Notes: generated by a model not told the origin, from the sequence alone. Shown: positions 11,591 to 25,764, counted from the stretch's first letter. The stretch is DNA of 64,000 nucleotides from Neocallimastix sp. 'constans' (GCA_050613775.1 JBODTK010000119.1:310001-374000), one strand, 5' to 3'. Program-made: numbers and translations.

Positions 11591-12359
11591 CCGAATGAAA
11601 TTAACTATTTATATTCATTAAATTATGTATGATATATATAATTGAATGGATTTTAAGTTGAATTGTAAAAAAATTCAAGTATTATAAATATTATATTCTG
11701 GAAAGGTTTAATTATTATGGTTTGTTTAGTTTAATGTATATATAAGTATATATATATTAGACAATCAAAACTTAATTAATTAAAAGACAGAGTGTATTAT
11801 TTTATACTTTGTAATTTTTTAACATTTTGGATAATAAGAATGTATAAATTATAATATTTTAGTTTATCAATATTTAATATTTTATTATATATTTTAGTTT
11901 ATTTGTATAATTAATTTTAAGATTTCTATTTAAAATGTGTTTTACATATATATATACATTTTTTATATATTTAATTGAAATAAAAAATAGGATGTAATAT
12001 TAATTAATTAAATAATAATTAGTTAAATAAAATGAAAATTTTAAAAAATTGAATTGTGTATTTAATATATATATATATATATTTTAATTATTTAAATTTT
12101 TATATAATAATTTAATTTATGTATTAAAAATTATGAATTTACTATAGATATAAATAATATTTAAAATAAATATTCATATTTAATTAAATACTAAAATAAT
12201 CCTAACTGGTTGGTATTGCATCTAAAATCTCACCAAAACACTTAGGTGTTGTTAATAATAGTATTAGTATTGATAGTGAGAATAGGAATATTAATATTAG
12301 TGATAGTGAAAATAATTTTTTTTTTTTTTTTTATTTCTTATTTATAAATCTATTCCTCT

Positions 12360-13530
12360 CTCATTGAAGAAATATGCTTTTAATTTCCTTTATTCTTAGT
12401 CTCGTTTTATATTATACTCCTCTCTTTGGTTCAAATAAAAACAGGTGCTCTAAAGATCAAAAAATTATTAATAGGGGACTATATTGGAGTTATGGATTTA
12501 AATCCCATAATTTTTATGTTAGTCTCTACGATATTACTCGTGAATTGAGAATACCTCCTCTTTCAGCTATCTGTGCTCTATTTCAATTACGATGCGGATG
12601 CTATAGAAAATAGAAAAAACTCATCACGTATTATTAATTATCTCACTAATAATATTCCTACTATGTCGCATTACTCATGGACTAAAGAATCAAGGACTTT
12701 GGATAAGAAATTAAATGGTAAAAAATCAAGTGAAATAAAAAAGTTTTATTGGGAATGAGATGTCTTCAAACCCTCAAAAGATAAAAAAGCAATTATTTAC
12801 AAGGAGAATGATTTTGAATTTATTTCAGAAATCAAAAACTTAACATTTCAATATCCTAAGTATCAATTAGGATTCTTTTGGATTTCTCGAATTAGGAGCG
12901 GTTTTAAATTTGACATTAAGTATTTCCATTAAAAGAAAAATCGTCTCAGAAGATTGCCCTAAATGTTACCCATGTTGTGGTGTTAGTGTACCGGTAAAGA
13001 ATTGGGAAAATTACAGAAATAAACCTTTACCTTTTCTAGATAATCTCTTTTTGAAGTTTGTAATGATAATTGAACAAAAATCCTTGGATGATTCTTTAGA
13101 TTCAGAAAAGGATTATGATAAAAATATTTATTATTTTATATTGAGTGCTCTTCTTAGCGAGCATTCAATATATTCAAAAATTAAAGTTAATGATGGGGAA
13201 CAAAGAAAATTAGTTGACAATATTTTTAAACAAAGTTCAACTTCGTCGACTGTTCCGCATTTTGTGGGGATTGAGGAGTTTCTAACAAACGTAATATCAT
13301 TAATTTGTCGATCTTTCAGATTGATGATGAAATAGTATTCCGTTGAATCTACCGTTGCTAAGAGCGTTGACGTCAAAATAATAAGGTATGGATTTTCACC
13401 TCCTGGTGAAAGATCTGATACAGATTCGTTTGACAAACACTAATACTGAAATTATTACTCGTAATAATGGCTTGGTGTTATCATCGATGAATGGGAAAAG
13501 TTAGAAACTATTGCTTCTAATACATTTTTA
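12360..13530 (+). mobile_element. 5'-truncated, degraded non-LTR retrotransposon (LINE) ORF2 C-terminal region
   Basis: Fragmented frames ...SLYDITRELRIPPLSAICA...YSWTKESRTLDKK...LGFFWISRIRSGFKFD...EDCPKCYPCCG resemble the post-RT region and Cys-rich C-terminal knuckle of LINE ORF2; stops and frameshifts throughout. The RT core is not present. Confidence 0.6.
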
Positions 13531-14200
13531 TAATTATATAATATATTATATTTCATTTCATGTATTTTATTTTTTTATTTTTCATTTAAATCATGTAATG
13601 TTATTATTATTATAAATTAAATAAAGTTATTATCGAAGTCTAAAAAAAAAGAAATCTTAACTTTTTTTTTTTTTTTTTATTTTTAATAATTTAATTAAAT
13701 TTACAAGATTATATATTTAAATAATCAAAATAATCAAAAAAAAAAAAAAAAAAAAATTTATTTATTTTAAAACAATAACTTTAATTAACAAAATCTTTGA
13801 AAATATCATTTTATTTTTAAATATTTCTTTAATAATTTATATTTTATATTTATTATATATATTTAATAGTATAAATTTAGCTTTTTATTTATAAATTTTT
13901 TTTTTTTTTTTTCAAATAGTTTATATAGTTAATAGTTTACTGATAAATTTTACTTTTTATTTATAAAAAATTTTTTCAAATGGTTTATATAGTTATTGTT
14001 AAATTTAATTTAAATGAATGTATACAATTAATAAAAAACTTCTTTTTTCTTATTAAATTAAATTAAATAAGTTTTTAATTATGAAATTGTTAAAAATATT
14101 ATTTTTCTTCGATCAAATATTTTTTTTTTCTTCCTATTTATTTAAAATAGTTTTAATTGAATTATCTAGAAAGTTTAATATTTAATTAACATAATAAGTT

Positions 14201-16170
14201 TCAGGTGCTCCAAGAATAACTTTCTGGCAATTTATAGTTTTCAGGACGAATAATTATTTTTTCAAGAACAATATTTGGTGTTACTAGATAAAATTTAAAA
14301 GTATTTAATCCCATCTTACATTCAAAATTAACTGTGGAAATTCTAATTTCATTGGTAACATCATTATTCCATAGTTGTTTAGTATCTCTAACTGCGAATG
14401 TTTTACTATCAACAACATCATGAATAATAATTTTACCATTAACTTCTACTACAAATTGTAATTTATTATTCATAAATGCTGGATTAGATAGATTTTGATA
14501 GAAATCAAATGACCATTTTCCTCCTTCATTAAGAATAAAGTCATATTCAACATATGATGCTTCATTAATATCATCATATACGTTAATAACTGGATATGAT
14601 TTAATTGCGCTTAAAGTTTTTCCATATCCTTCAATGACCTTGCATGAACTATTAGTACCATTCTTTTGAGAAATGAAATGTTCCGCTTCAATACTAATAT
14701 AAGATGTGGTTTGAACAAAGAGCTAACATTCTTTGAACTGACATGATATCCTCATTAATATATTCCTTAATTAGTCGATTTTGAGTCGTTAAAACATCAC
14801 GAAGTAATTGAATATTTTCTGCAAAAGTGTCATCACCAGCAATAGCTGTATCTGCTTCACCACGCATACCAACTATAATAACATTATCAAATTTACCACT
14901 ACGTTTTAAACCATCTTCCCAGAATTTAGTTATACTTTGCTCATTTGTACGGAAATTCCATGCATCTCCATAAATAAAATCTTTACCAAGAAGATTCTTA
15001 TATTCTTCTCCTGCACGACAACATGGTTCGTAATGACTTGTTCCCATAACAACTCCAAGCTCATCAGCAAGTTCAGCATTAGCTAATATTGGTCCATTAT
15101 CACTAAATATTCCTGACCACATCACTGGCCACATATAATTTCCCTTAAGACGAATAAGAAGTTCAAAAACATGAATATACATCTTAACATTGAATCCACC
15201 ATAATTATGGAATGTCCAATTACCAAATTTTGGCCATTCATCATTAATAAATAAACCATGATAACGAACACTTGGTTCCTTTGAAATCATATTATCTTCT
15301 TCATTAATTTCATTTAAATCTTTGTGAACTAAAAGACCATAAATTGTACCTCGTTTATCACTACCAATAAAATATAATTTATTACCAAGAACTCTAAAAG
15401 ATATAACATTCATATTTATCTTTAATTGGTGAACTATTAATTTCATTAAATAAATTTGATTTTCCAATAGTACCGAAAATAATAGCAGTTTCTTCAGCAG
15501 TTTCTTCAGCAATGGTAATAATAATAGAATAATTAAATTCTGGTAAAGCACCGGTAGCAAGTTTAGCATCATTTCTAACCATATCGACAATTTTCTTTAC
15601 ACCTGAAAATTCATTTTCTTCACAATAAAAAGAAATACTTGATTTATCATCTTTACTGAAAATCTTGAATAAACCAGTAGAAATGGTTGAAGTAGAAATT
15701 AAGGATTCAGTTTCAATTTCTGTTTTAGTTTCAGTTTCAGTAACTTCAATATTAATAGATTTAGTTTCAATAGTTTCTGTTATAGATATTTCAATTTTTT
15801 GAAGTTTCAATTTCAGAATTTTTAGCTATAGTAATTATTTTAGTTTTAGTTTTAGTTTTAGTTTTGGTTTTAGTTCTGGTTTTAGTAGTTGTTTTTTCTT
15901 TAGATTTTTCATCCTTCATTTTCACATTTATATGGAATAGAACACCATTTTCCATTTTCATAACCCAAAGCTTTACCAGATTTAGTAAATTTTTTAACTT
16001 TATAAGTTTTACTACAACATTTATATTTACCATAATCTGGACAACGTTGACGATCAGTAATACCATACCATCTTCCATGTTCATATCCATATTCTTTTCC
16101 AGAATCTGAAACACGCTTTACTTTTGTTCTTTTTCTCTCACAACATGGATAACCTTCAGCTAAGGACCAT
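14201..16170 (-). pseudogene. GH115 alpha-glucuronidase with N-terminal double fungal dockerin and Thr/Lys/Glu linker, disrupted
   Basis: GSDKRGTIYG, PSVRYHGLFINDEWP, GGFN..MY.HVFELLIRLKGNYMWP.MW, GVVMGTSHYEPCCR, VGMRGEAD are GH115 motifs. N-terminus WSLAEGYPCC..YGYEHGRWYGI / YKCC..GYENGKWCSI is two dockerins. Frameshifts, and an abrupt jump from QRMLAL to the C-terminal ISIEAEHF domain near 14700. Confidence 0.9.
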
Positions 16171-16342
16171 CTAAACTAATAGTACCTAAGAGAACTAAAA
16201 TTATTTATTAAAGTATAAATATTAAGTATAATTAAGTTTTATTTAAAAAATAAATAATAGCTTTAATACTAAATGTTATTTAATTATTTCTTACAAGCAA
16301 ATAAAAGTAAAGCTGACTTCTTTATTGTTATTTCCTATTTCA

Positions 16343-16383
<41 letters not shown>

Positions 16384-16583
16384 TTTACTAAAAATAAAAA
16401 AAATTATATTTTATATTTTTTTCATTAATTTAAATTACAATTTGAAAATAAATTAAATATTTTTTTCAAGTAAATTTGTAATTTTATCTTTAATAAAAGT
16501 AAAAAACATGTAAAATTATTTTCTATTTATACTTTTTTAACTATTAATGAACTAATATTAATTTTACGTTATATTATAATTAA

Positions 16584-16765
<182 letters not shown>

Positions 16766-17389
16766 TTTATTACTTTTTAATAATTTGAACAAAAGAAAAT
16801 ATTTATATTAATTCAAACAATAAAAACAATTTACTTATGAGGCAAATATATATAATCTCTAAATTAACAATCACCATTATTAATATATAAAATCCCAATA
16901 CAGTCTTGTCGATGGTTTTATAAAATATTTGAACGGACCTCTAGCAAAATATTATGTGTATATGATATAAAGTAGTTTAATAATGTAATAATTTAGTAAA
17001 TGATCTTCTCAAAAAATTTTAATATAATTAAATAAACCACCTCTACAAAACAACATGGGACAATTAAAACTAAAGAGTAACTATTCTAAACGAAATATTA
17101 TAAATAGTATAATATTGATTATATTATTTTTTAATCGCCTATGTATTATTATTATTATTATTATTATTGTTAAATTATTGTTTTTTTAAATGTTATGATT
17201 TATAATAATATCAAAATTTTTTTTAAAAAAATAAAAATTTTTATTATTGTCATTTTAATATTTCAATTGAATATATGATTATAGACTTTAATTTTTTTAA
17301 TTAAATAAGAAATATATATACCAATATATATAAGAATTTCTAATATTTAAAAAAAAATATAAATTTTATTTATAGTAAAAAGTTTTTTT

Positions 17390-17475
17390 TTTTTTTTTAC
17401 ATATAAAAAGAAAAATAATAATAATAATAATAATAATAAATTTTTTTGTAATTAAAAAAAAAGTATACATATAAA

Positions 17476-17512
<37 letters not shown>

Positions 17513-17604
17513 TTTTTTTTTTTTTCTTTTTACATATAAAAAGAAAAATAATAATAATAATAATAAATTTTTTTATAATTAAAAAAAAAAAGTATACATA
17601 TAAA

Positions 17605-17638
<34 letters not shown>

Positions 17639-18550
17639 TTTTTTTTTTTTTTCTTTTTACATATAAAAAGAAAAATAATAATAATAATAATAAATTTTTT
17701 TTATAATTAAAAAAAAAGTATACATATAAAAATAATAATAATAATAATAATAATTTTTTTTTTCTTTTTACATATAAAAAGAAAAATAATAATAATAATA
17801 ATAATAAATTTTTTTATAATTAAAAAAAACAAGTATACATATAAAAAGAAAAATAATAATAATAAAATTTTTTATAATTAAAATTAACTTTAAGTTTTAT
17901 GATAATTTTTATAAAACGAAATTAATTTTTTTTTTTTTTTATAATTTTATTTTTATTTTTATTTATTTTTGACATTTTTGAAAAGAAATATCTTTTTTAT
18001 ATATATACTATATATATTAGTTTCGATTAGTATTATAAGTATTATAATACTAATCGAAACTAACTTAATTCTATAAATAATAGATTGTAATGGTAATAAT
18101 ATGGTTAAGATTATATATTACATTTTATAATATTATATATTTCATTCAAAACCATAATATATATATATAAAACTTTAAATATTAGAAAATCTTATATATT
18201 TTGATATATATATTTCTTATTTAATTAAAAATTTTGATATATATATTTCTTATTTAATTAAAAAAAATTGAAGTTATTTCTTTTCAAAATTGTACAAAAT
18301 AAATAAAAATAAAAATACAAAAAAAAAAAAAAAAAATTAATTTCGTTTTATAAAAATTATCATAAAACTTAAAGTTAATTTTAATTATAAAAAATTTTAT
18401 TATTATTATTTTTCTTTTTATATGTATACTTGTTTTTTTTAATTATAAAAAAATTTATTATTATTTTATTATTATTATTATTATTATTTTTCTTTTTATA
18501 TGTAAAAAGAAAAAAAAAATTATTATTATTATTATTATTATTTTTATAAA
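17390..18550. repeat. Foldback structure: ~120-bp tandem units plus long inverted arms around a spacer holding a perfect hairpin
   Basis: About 17730-17990 is the reverse complement of about 18275-18547 (e.g. AATTAACTTTAAGTTTTATGATAATTTTTATAAAACGAAATT versus its complement); 22-bp perfect stem at 18017-18063. Confidence 0.85.
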
Positions 18551-18577
18551 ACTTTAAATTTATTAATTATAAAAAAC

Positions 18578-18610
<33 letters not shown>

Positions 18611-18642
18611 TTTATATATATATTTCTTTTTTATTATTGATA

Positions 18643-18673
<31 letters not shown>

Positions 18674-18705
18674 TTTATATATATATTTCTTTTTTATTAT
18701 TGATA

Positions 18706-18757
<52 letters not shown>

Positions 18758-18840
18758 TTTATATATATATTTCTTTTTTATTATCGATAAAGAATTATTT
18801 AAAATTATTTTAAAGTTATTTACTAGTAAACAATGAAATT

Positions 18841-19412
18841 GTTGAACCAGGCTCTCTCCTAGTTGTTAGTTCGCGGACTATTATATATAAAGCCCCTGGT
18901 TTGACCCCGCCCTTTGACCATTTTTCGGTTTTTCCTGAACAAAATGTTTTACAGTAGATGGTGGTTAGGGTTTCCGTTAAAAGGTCCCTCCCCTTGTATA
19001 TAATATTCTTAAATTCCGGAGTAATATAGACTAGATACTGTCCTAACAGTGAGCCTGAGAGGATTGCGCTAGTAAATGTTGTTAATATACTTATATGTAC
19101 GTAGCTAAACTACGAATAATCAATCTGCTAACTAAATATTATTACCAAGTGGACTAGCACGTGACTCAACGGGTTAGGTTACTCTAGTCTCGCTTTTAGG
19201 GAGTTAGATACCGAAAAAGCATTCCGAAAAAAATAGTGCTGGAAAATCTTAGTAATAATACGTATGGTTAAAGCGCCAATGCTGAATTAACAGTAAGGCT
19301 GTCTAGTAGGGACTATATCTACCTGTGCAAAAGCACACCGAAGTGTTGTGACTACCTTAATATTCCCATGTCTTGAGGGCATAGGCGGTACATACGGAAA
19401 TAAAAAAAAAAA
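18841..19412 (+). mobile_element. Retroposed non-coding insertion (SINE-like or LINE 3' end) with poly(A) tail and 13-bp target-site duplication
   Basis: AAACAATGAAATT at 18828-18840 and 19413-19425 flanks a ~570-bp GC-enriched block ending in an A-run; no long ORF. Confidence 0.85.
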
Positions 19413-19868
19413 AAACAATGAAATTAAATATAAATGATATAAATGTAAAAATTAATGTTTTAAAAAATTTATATTAAATTATATTTTTATATTCTTTAAA
19501 GTTATATTAAAATTAGATTTTATTTATTTATTCTTAATTAGTATAATATATTACCTTAAATCTTATTATATATTATTTTATATTTTAATTATATTATATT
19601 ATTAAAAATATATTAAATTAAGTTATGAACTATATTAATCTAAAAAGAATAATAATTCATAAAAAGAAAATGTAAATAAACATTTAGAAGGGGACTTTTT
19701 ATGAAGAAGAAATAATTAGTCCATTATATTTGACTAATTATTTCTTCTCTTTAAGTGTTATTAATAAATTAAATAATAATAATCAATATTTTTAAGTTAT
19801 ATTATTGAAAGTATAACTTCTTTGAATGATAAATAATTTTTGTGTAATTATTTATAAAATTAATTTTT

Positions 19869-20062
19869 ATGTAAAATTAATAGTTTATATTTTTTATAAA
19901 AAAAAATAAACTAAACTTTCTTTAAAATTTTTTATTATTATAAGTTGTAAAATAAATTCTTTCATAAAAGTTAGAAATTAAATACAACTTATAATAATAA
20001 AAAAATTATAAAGAAAGTTTAGTTTATTTTTTTTTATAAAATATAAACTATTAATTTTACAT
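19869..20062. repeat. Imperfect inverted repeat (~80-bp arms), MITE-like
   Basis: ATGTAAAATTAATAGTTTATATTTT...TAAACTAAACTTTCTTTA...TATAAGTTGTA mirrored by TACAACTTATA...TAAAGAAAGTTTAGTTTA...ATAAACTATTAATTTTACAT. Confidence 0.85.
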
Positions 20063-20218
20063 TCTTTCTTAAAAGTTAGAAATTAAATACAACTTTAGAA
20101 TAAAATTATAATATTAATAAATATATTATATTGTTATCAATTATTATTATTATTTTTCTTTTTATATCTATATTTCTTTTTATTATTATTATTATTATTA
20201 TTTTTATATGTATACTTC

Positions 20219-20281
<63 letters not shown>

Positions 20282-20637
20282 CTTCTTTTTTATTATTTTT
20301 ATTACTATTTTTCTTTTTATATATATACTTTTTTTTTTTAATTTATTAAAAATGTTTATTATTAATAAATCTATTACCAAAATAATTATTTAATAAAATT
20401 TAAAATATAAATTTATATTTTATAGTTGAATTATCCAATAAAAATATCGAAAAAAACCATTAAAAACACATGGAGCATAATTGGCCAAATAATTTTTGGT
20501 TAATAATAAATTAAAAATATGGTAAATACAAATTTATGATGTTTTAATTAATAATATTAATAATTAACTAATAGTAATAATAAGTAGTAGTAATAATAGG
20601 TAATAATAGTAGTAATAACAGTTAATAGTATACTATT

Positions 20638-21112
20638 ATAAGTAATATGTTTTGAATAAATAGTATACTATTATAAGTAATATGTTTCGAATAAATAGTA
20701 GTTATTGTAAGTAATATGTTTTGAATAAATAGTAGTTATTGTAAGTAATATGTTTTGAATAAATAGTAGTTATTATAAGTAATATGTTTTGAATAAATAG
20801 TAGTTATTGTAAGTAATATGTTTTGAATAAATAGTAGTTATTATAAGTAATATGTTTTGAATAAATAGTAGTTATTGTAAGTAATATGTTTTGAATAAAT
20901 AGTAGTTATTGTAAGTAATATGTTTTGAATAAATAGTAGTTATTGTAAGTAATATGTTTTGAATAAATAGTAGTTATTGTAAGTAATATGTTTTGAATAA
21001 ATAGTAGTTATTGTAAGTAATATGTTTTGAATAAATAGTAGTTATTGTAAGTAATATGTTTTGAATAAATAGTAGTTATTGTAAGTAATATGTTTTGAAT
21101 AAGTAGTAGTTG
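20638..21112. repeat. 34-bp minisatellite, about 14 copies
   Basis: Unit GTAATATGTTTTGAATAAATAGTAGTTATTGTAA head-to-tail without spacers. Confidence 0.95.
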
Positions 21113-23313
21113 TACTATTATATGTATAAATAATAATAGTACTATAATAATAATAATAAATAATATTTATAGGCTTTTTTTCTTTGTTTTTATATAATAA
21201 AAATAGTGAATAGTATTAATAAAAATAATTAAAAAGTAAATATTATTTGTAATATTAATAGACATAATAATATTAAATAATTATATTTGTAAATATTAAT
21301 AGAAACAATAATATTCATTAATAAAAAAAATGTTAATAATATTAAGGAATGGTAATTTTAATTGAAAAGGTTAATAAAACTTTATTATATTAATAGTATC
21401 AATGGTAATATTAATAATAATATAAAAATTAGTAAATAATGATAAATATAATAGCAGAATAACAAATATATAACAATGTTAATTATTAAGCAGCAATTAA
21501 TATATTTACAATATACAATATTCATTAGAAATTAAGTACAATGTGATAAATATAATTAATTAAATAATTCTCCTAATATATGAAAAATATATATTCATAT
21601 TAATCAAGAGGTTTATATAATAATATAATAATAATATATAAATATAATAAATAAAAAAAAATAATTTATATATTATTATCTCAATTTAGTCTAAAAAAAA
21701 ATTAAAATTAAATTATATAAATTATTTTTTTATTTTTTTATTTTTTTTTATGAAAATTAAATTATATGAATTATTTTTTTATTTTTTTATGAAATTATAT
21801 GAATTATTTTTTTATTTTTTTATTTATTATATGAGAAGTTTTATTAATAAATTAATAGAACTATAATAAATTTAGAGTATTTTTAATAGTTTAAAAAAAA
21901 AAAAAAAAAAAACTAAAATTAAAATCAATTTATACTTATAAATACAATAATAAAAATAAGAATTATAGTATATTCTTTTTATTTTTTTTTAAAAAAAAAG
22001 ATGAAATAATAAAAATAAGAATTATAGTATTTTTTTTTATTTGTTTAAAAAAGAATTATACAATTATTATTTCTTAATAATAAAAAAAAGATGAAATAAT
22101 AATAATAATTATAGTATTTTTTATATTTTTTTTTAAAAAATTACATTGTAAAGTTATTACTACTACTATTATAACTACTACTTTTGTCCTTAAATAATTA
22201 TATTGTTACTTTTTATTTTTACATTGTTACTTTTTATTTTTATTTAAAAAAATAAACTTAATAGTTACTTTTTATTTTTACATTGTTACTTTTTATTTTT
22301 ATTTAAAAAAATATACTTAATACTATAATACTTTATAAATAAAAAATATATATAAATTTTTTACATTGTTACTTTTTATTTTTATTTAAAAAAATAACTT
22401 AATACTATAATACTTTATAAATAAAAAATATATATAATTTTATTTTATTTTTTTTTAATAAAATTATAAATAAAAAATATATATAATTTTATTTTATTTT
22501 TTTTTTATATAAAATTAACATATAAATGATAAATTTATAAATATTACTATAAAAATAATAATATTATATATTCATACATAAAAAAAAATATATATATATA
22601 TAGAAATATAAAAATATATATAAAATAATAATAAAAATAAATAAAAAATATTGGTTATATATTATAATATATTATTTATTAAAATTAGTTATTTTTACAT
22701 AAATCAAATAATTATATAAAAATTAATTTTTAAATTCAATATTATTGGAGGATCATAAATATTGAATAATTAGTCTAGAATACAAGGTTACACAAAAAGT
22801 ATTTTAATATACTTATATAGAAATATTTTAAAAATTACCTATCTATAATAGAATATAATAATAAGTTCTAAAATATATACTTTTAATCTTTTTTTTTTTT
22901 ATATGAATTAAAATTTATTTACGGTATATAGATTAATATAATACAATAAAATTTATGTTACATATAAATTAAAATAGTAAAATTTTTTTTTTCTTAAATT
23001 TTAATTGCTATTGAAATATATTTGTTGGTTTATAATTCCTAATCTATTTTAATATTTTTTTGTTTTTATGTTATATATATTATGTTTATTAAAAAATAAA
23101 TAAATAAATATAAATTTTAATAATATTATATGATAAATAATAATAAAAAATTAATAAAATGTATATTATTTAATTAATAATAATTAAATAATTAATAAAA
23201 TAATTTAAATTTTATAAATTTTATAAATTTTTTTTATTAAAATTTTTTATTAATACTGAATTATAATTTAAATAATCATATTAAAATGAATAAATTATAA
23301 ACTCTATTGTTCA

Positions 23314-23350
<37 letters not shown>

Positions 23351-23680
23351 TTTTAATTTGTATTAAATTAAAAGTACAAAAATAATAATAAATAAATTTT
23401 ATATATAAATAGAAAATATTCTTAAATATATATAAAAAATTTTTATTTTTTTATTTAAATTTAAAAAAGAATTATTTAATAATTATTGAAATAAAAAAAA
23501 AAATAAAAATAAAAAAAAAAATTAAAAAATAAAAAAAAAAAAAAAAAAAATACAATAGTATTTAGAAAAAATAACAAAATAACAAAAATTATTTAATAAA
23601 TTTATATATAAAAATTTAAAAAGAAATAAAATTATAAAAAAATTTTTTATAGAAAACATATATATAGAATAAATAGCAAG

Positions 23681-25403
23681 ATGTTCAAGAGATTTGGTTT
23701 ATCATTATTAATTGCTGCTGGTAAAATATAAAATAAATTAAATTATTTTTAAAGAATAAATATATATTTATATTTATTTTTTTTTTTGTTTTTGTTATAG
23801 TTTTATAAATATTTATATTAAGATATCGTATTTGTTTTATAATTATTTATAATAAGATAAATATAAAATATTATTATAATATGAAAATTAGTAAATGATT
23901 AAATTTTTTTTTAAATGAAAAATTTATAGAAAATACTTAAAAATAGAATAAAGCATAAAATAAATAATATATTTGTTATAATTGTGATATTAAGATTATA
24001 CGATATTGAAAAATAATAAATTATTTAGAATTCAAAAAATTTTCTAAAAATAAAGGGCAAAAATTAAAATAACAAATTATGAAATATATAAAAAAAATTA
24101 ATAATAAGAAATTTTTTATGTAATATATGAAATAATGTATAGTAATTTGAAATTAATTGCTTTGTTAATAATTAAATTTATGTAGCCATGGTTTCTGGTG
24201 CCGCTATTAAATCAGCTGGTTCTGCTGATGCTGCTGCCGCTGGTACAGCTGCTGCCGATACTACTGCCGCAGCTACTGGTGCCACAGCTGCTGGTGCCAC
24301 AACAGCTGCTGCTGCTGCTCCATACACTCCAAAAATTAGTGAAGCTGAATTAGCTACAGCTCAAAGAGCAAAGGTTTACACTCAATGTCAACAACCAGGA
24401 CAAATCGCTTTAACTTGTAAGTTTTTTTTTTTAAAAGAAAAAAAAAAAACATTATTAAAAAAAAAATGCTATTATTAAATTTTAAATATCTATTATTTTT
24501 AGAATAAAAAAATTTTTTTAAAAAAAATTTGCTTTATTAAGTTATTTAATACATTTCTGAATAATATTATTAATAGTTGATGATGGACCAAACCCAGAGA
24601 CCACACCAATTGTTTTGCAATACTTAAAATCTAAGAATCTTCATGCTACTTTCTTCGTTAATGGTATTAACTGGAGTGATCTTGAAAAACAACCAGAAGC
24701 AGCTGAAGTTTTAAAACAAATCAAACAAGAAGGATTTGATATTGGTTCTCACACATATTATCATAAGGATTTATTCGAAGCTATTGACGAAGGTACCATG
24801 GAGCAAAATGTTGATAAAATGACTGATAAAATTGTTGAAATAACAGGTGTAAAGCCAGCTTTCTTCAGACCACCATGTGGTAATGGTGGTTATCCAGATA
24901 CCCCAGATACTCAAGTTAAGAATGAAAGGGTTCAAAAGTACTTAGGTGCTTCTGGATATAGTGTCATTATGTGGGGTGCTGATACTAGAGATTGGGAATT
25001 TAAAGAAAACATTGATGCTGAAATTGCTGAATTAAATAAGGACTTAAAAAAACAAGGTGCTTCACCACAAACCAGTAGTTTCATTATTTTAATGCACGAT
25101 GTTCACCCAACTACTGCTAATTTAGTTCTTCCAAAGGTTGTTGACTATGTTACTGGTCTTGGTTACAAGATTGTTCCACTTACTGAATGTATTGGTGTTC
25201 AATCTGCCTACCAAGTTGAAGGTAATAGTGGATTAGTTAGTAACTTAAATGCTTCTACTACTAACTCAACCATTGGTGCTGCCGCTTCTTCAACACAATC
25301 TAGTCAAACTGGAGAACTCACAAGGTCTTCTGCTTCCGCTGTCGAAGTTAAAATGGTTTACTCTGTTCTTGCTATTATTCTCTCATTCTTCTTTTTATTT
25401 TAA
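23681..25403 (+). CDS. Polysaccharide (chitin) deacetylase, CE4/NodB domain, secreted, probably GPI-anchored; exons 23681-23720, 24186-24416, 24577-25403
   Basis: GT-AG splicing restores the signal peptide MFKRFGLSLLIAAA and motif TFDDGP; also HTYYH, FRPPCG, DTRDW, LMHDVH, an Ala/Thr linker and a Ser/Thr-rich plus hydrophobic C-terminus. Confidence 0.93.
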
Positions 25404-25459
25404 AGTGATATAATAAATCTGAATTAAAAATTAAATAATTAAAAATAATTAATAAATTC

Positions 25460-25490
<31 letters not shown>

Positions 25491-25764
25491 TATAGAATAT
25501 AATATTATTTTTTTATTTTTTTTTAAAAAAAAAAATAATAATAATAATAATAATAAATATAATTATAAAAAAAAGTAATTATATAAAAAAAAATAATATA
25601 AAAAAAAGTAAAAAATATTAAATAATTATAATAGAATATAAAAATTAAAAAAAAAATAATATAATTGTAATAAAAATATATATAATATATATATATAATT
25701 AATAAATAATTGTTAATAATAGAAAAAAAAAAGTATTTAAATAAATAAAATAAAAAGCCAAAAC

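Noticed and set aside
19180..19322. Group I intron R/S-like words on the minus strand (GAGACTAG, AGATATAGTCC)
   Set aside because: They occur in the wrong order, no P/Q elements found, and TSD plus poly(A) explain the insert better.
19255..19330. tRNA gene
   Set aside because: Only loose D-loop and T-arm resemblance; no TTCG T-loop or acceptor stem.
20638..21112. 34-bp repeats as a CRISPR array
   Set aside because: Units are head-to-tail with no unique spacers, no cas genes, eukaryotic context.
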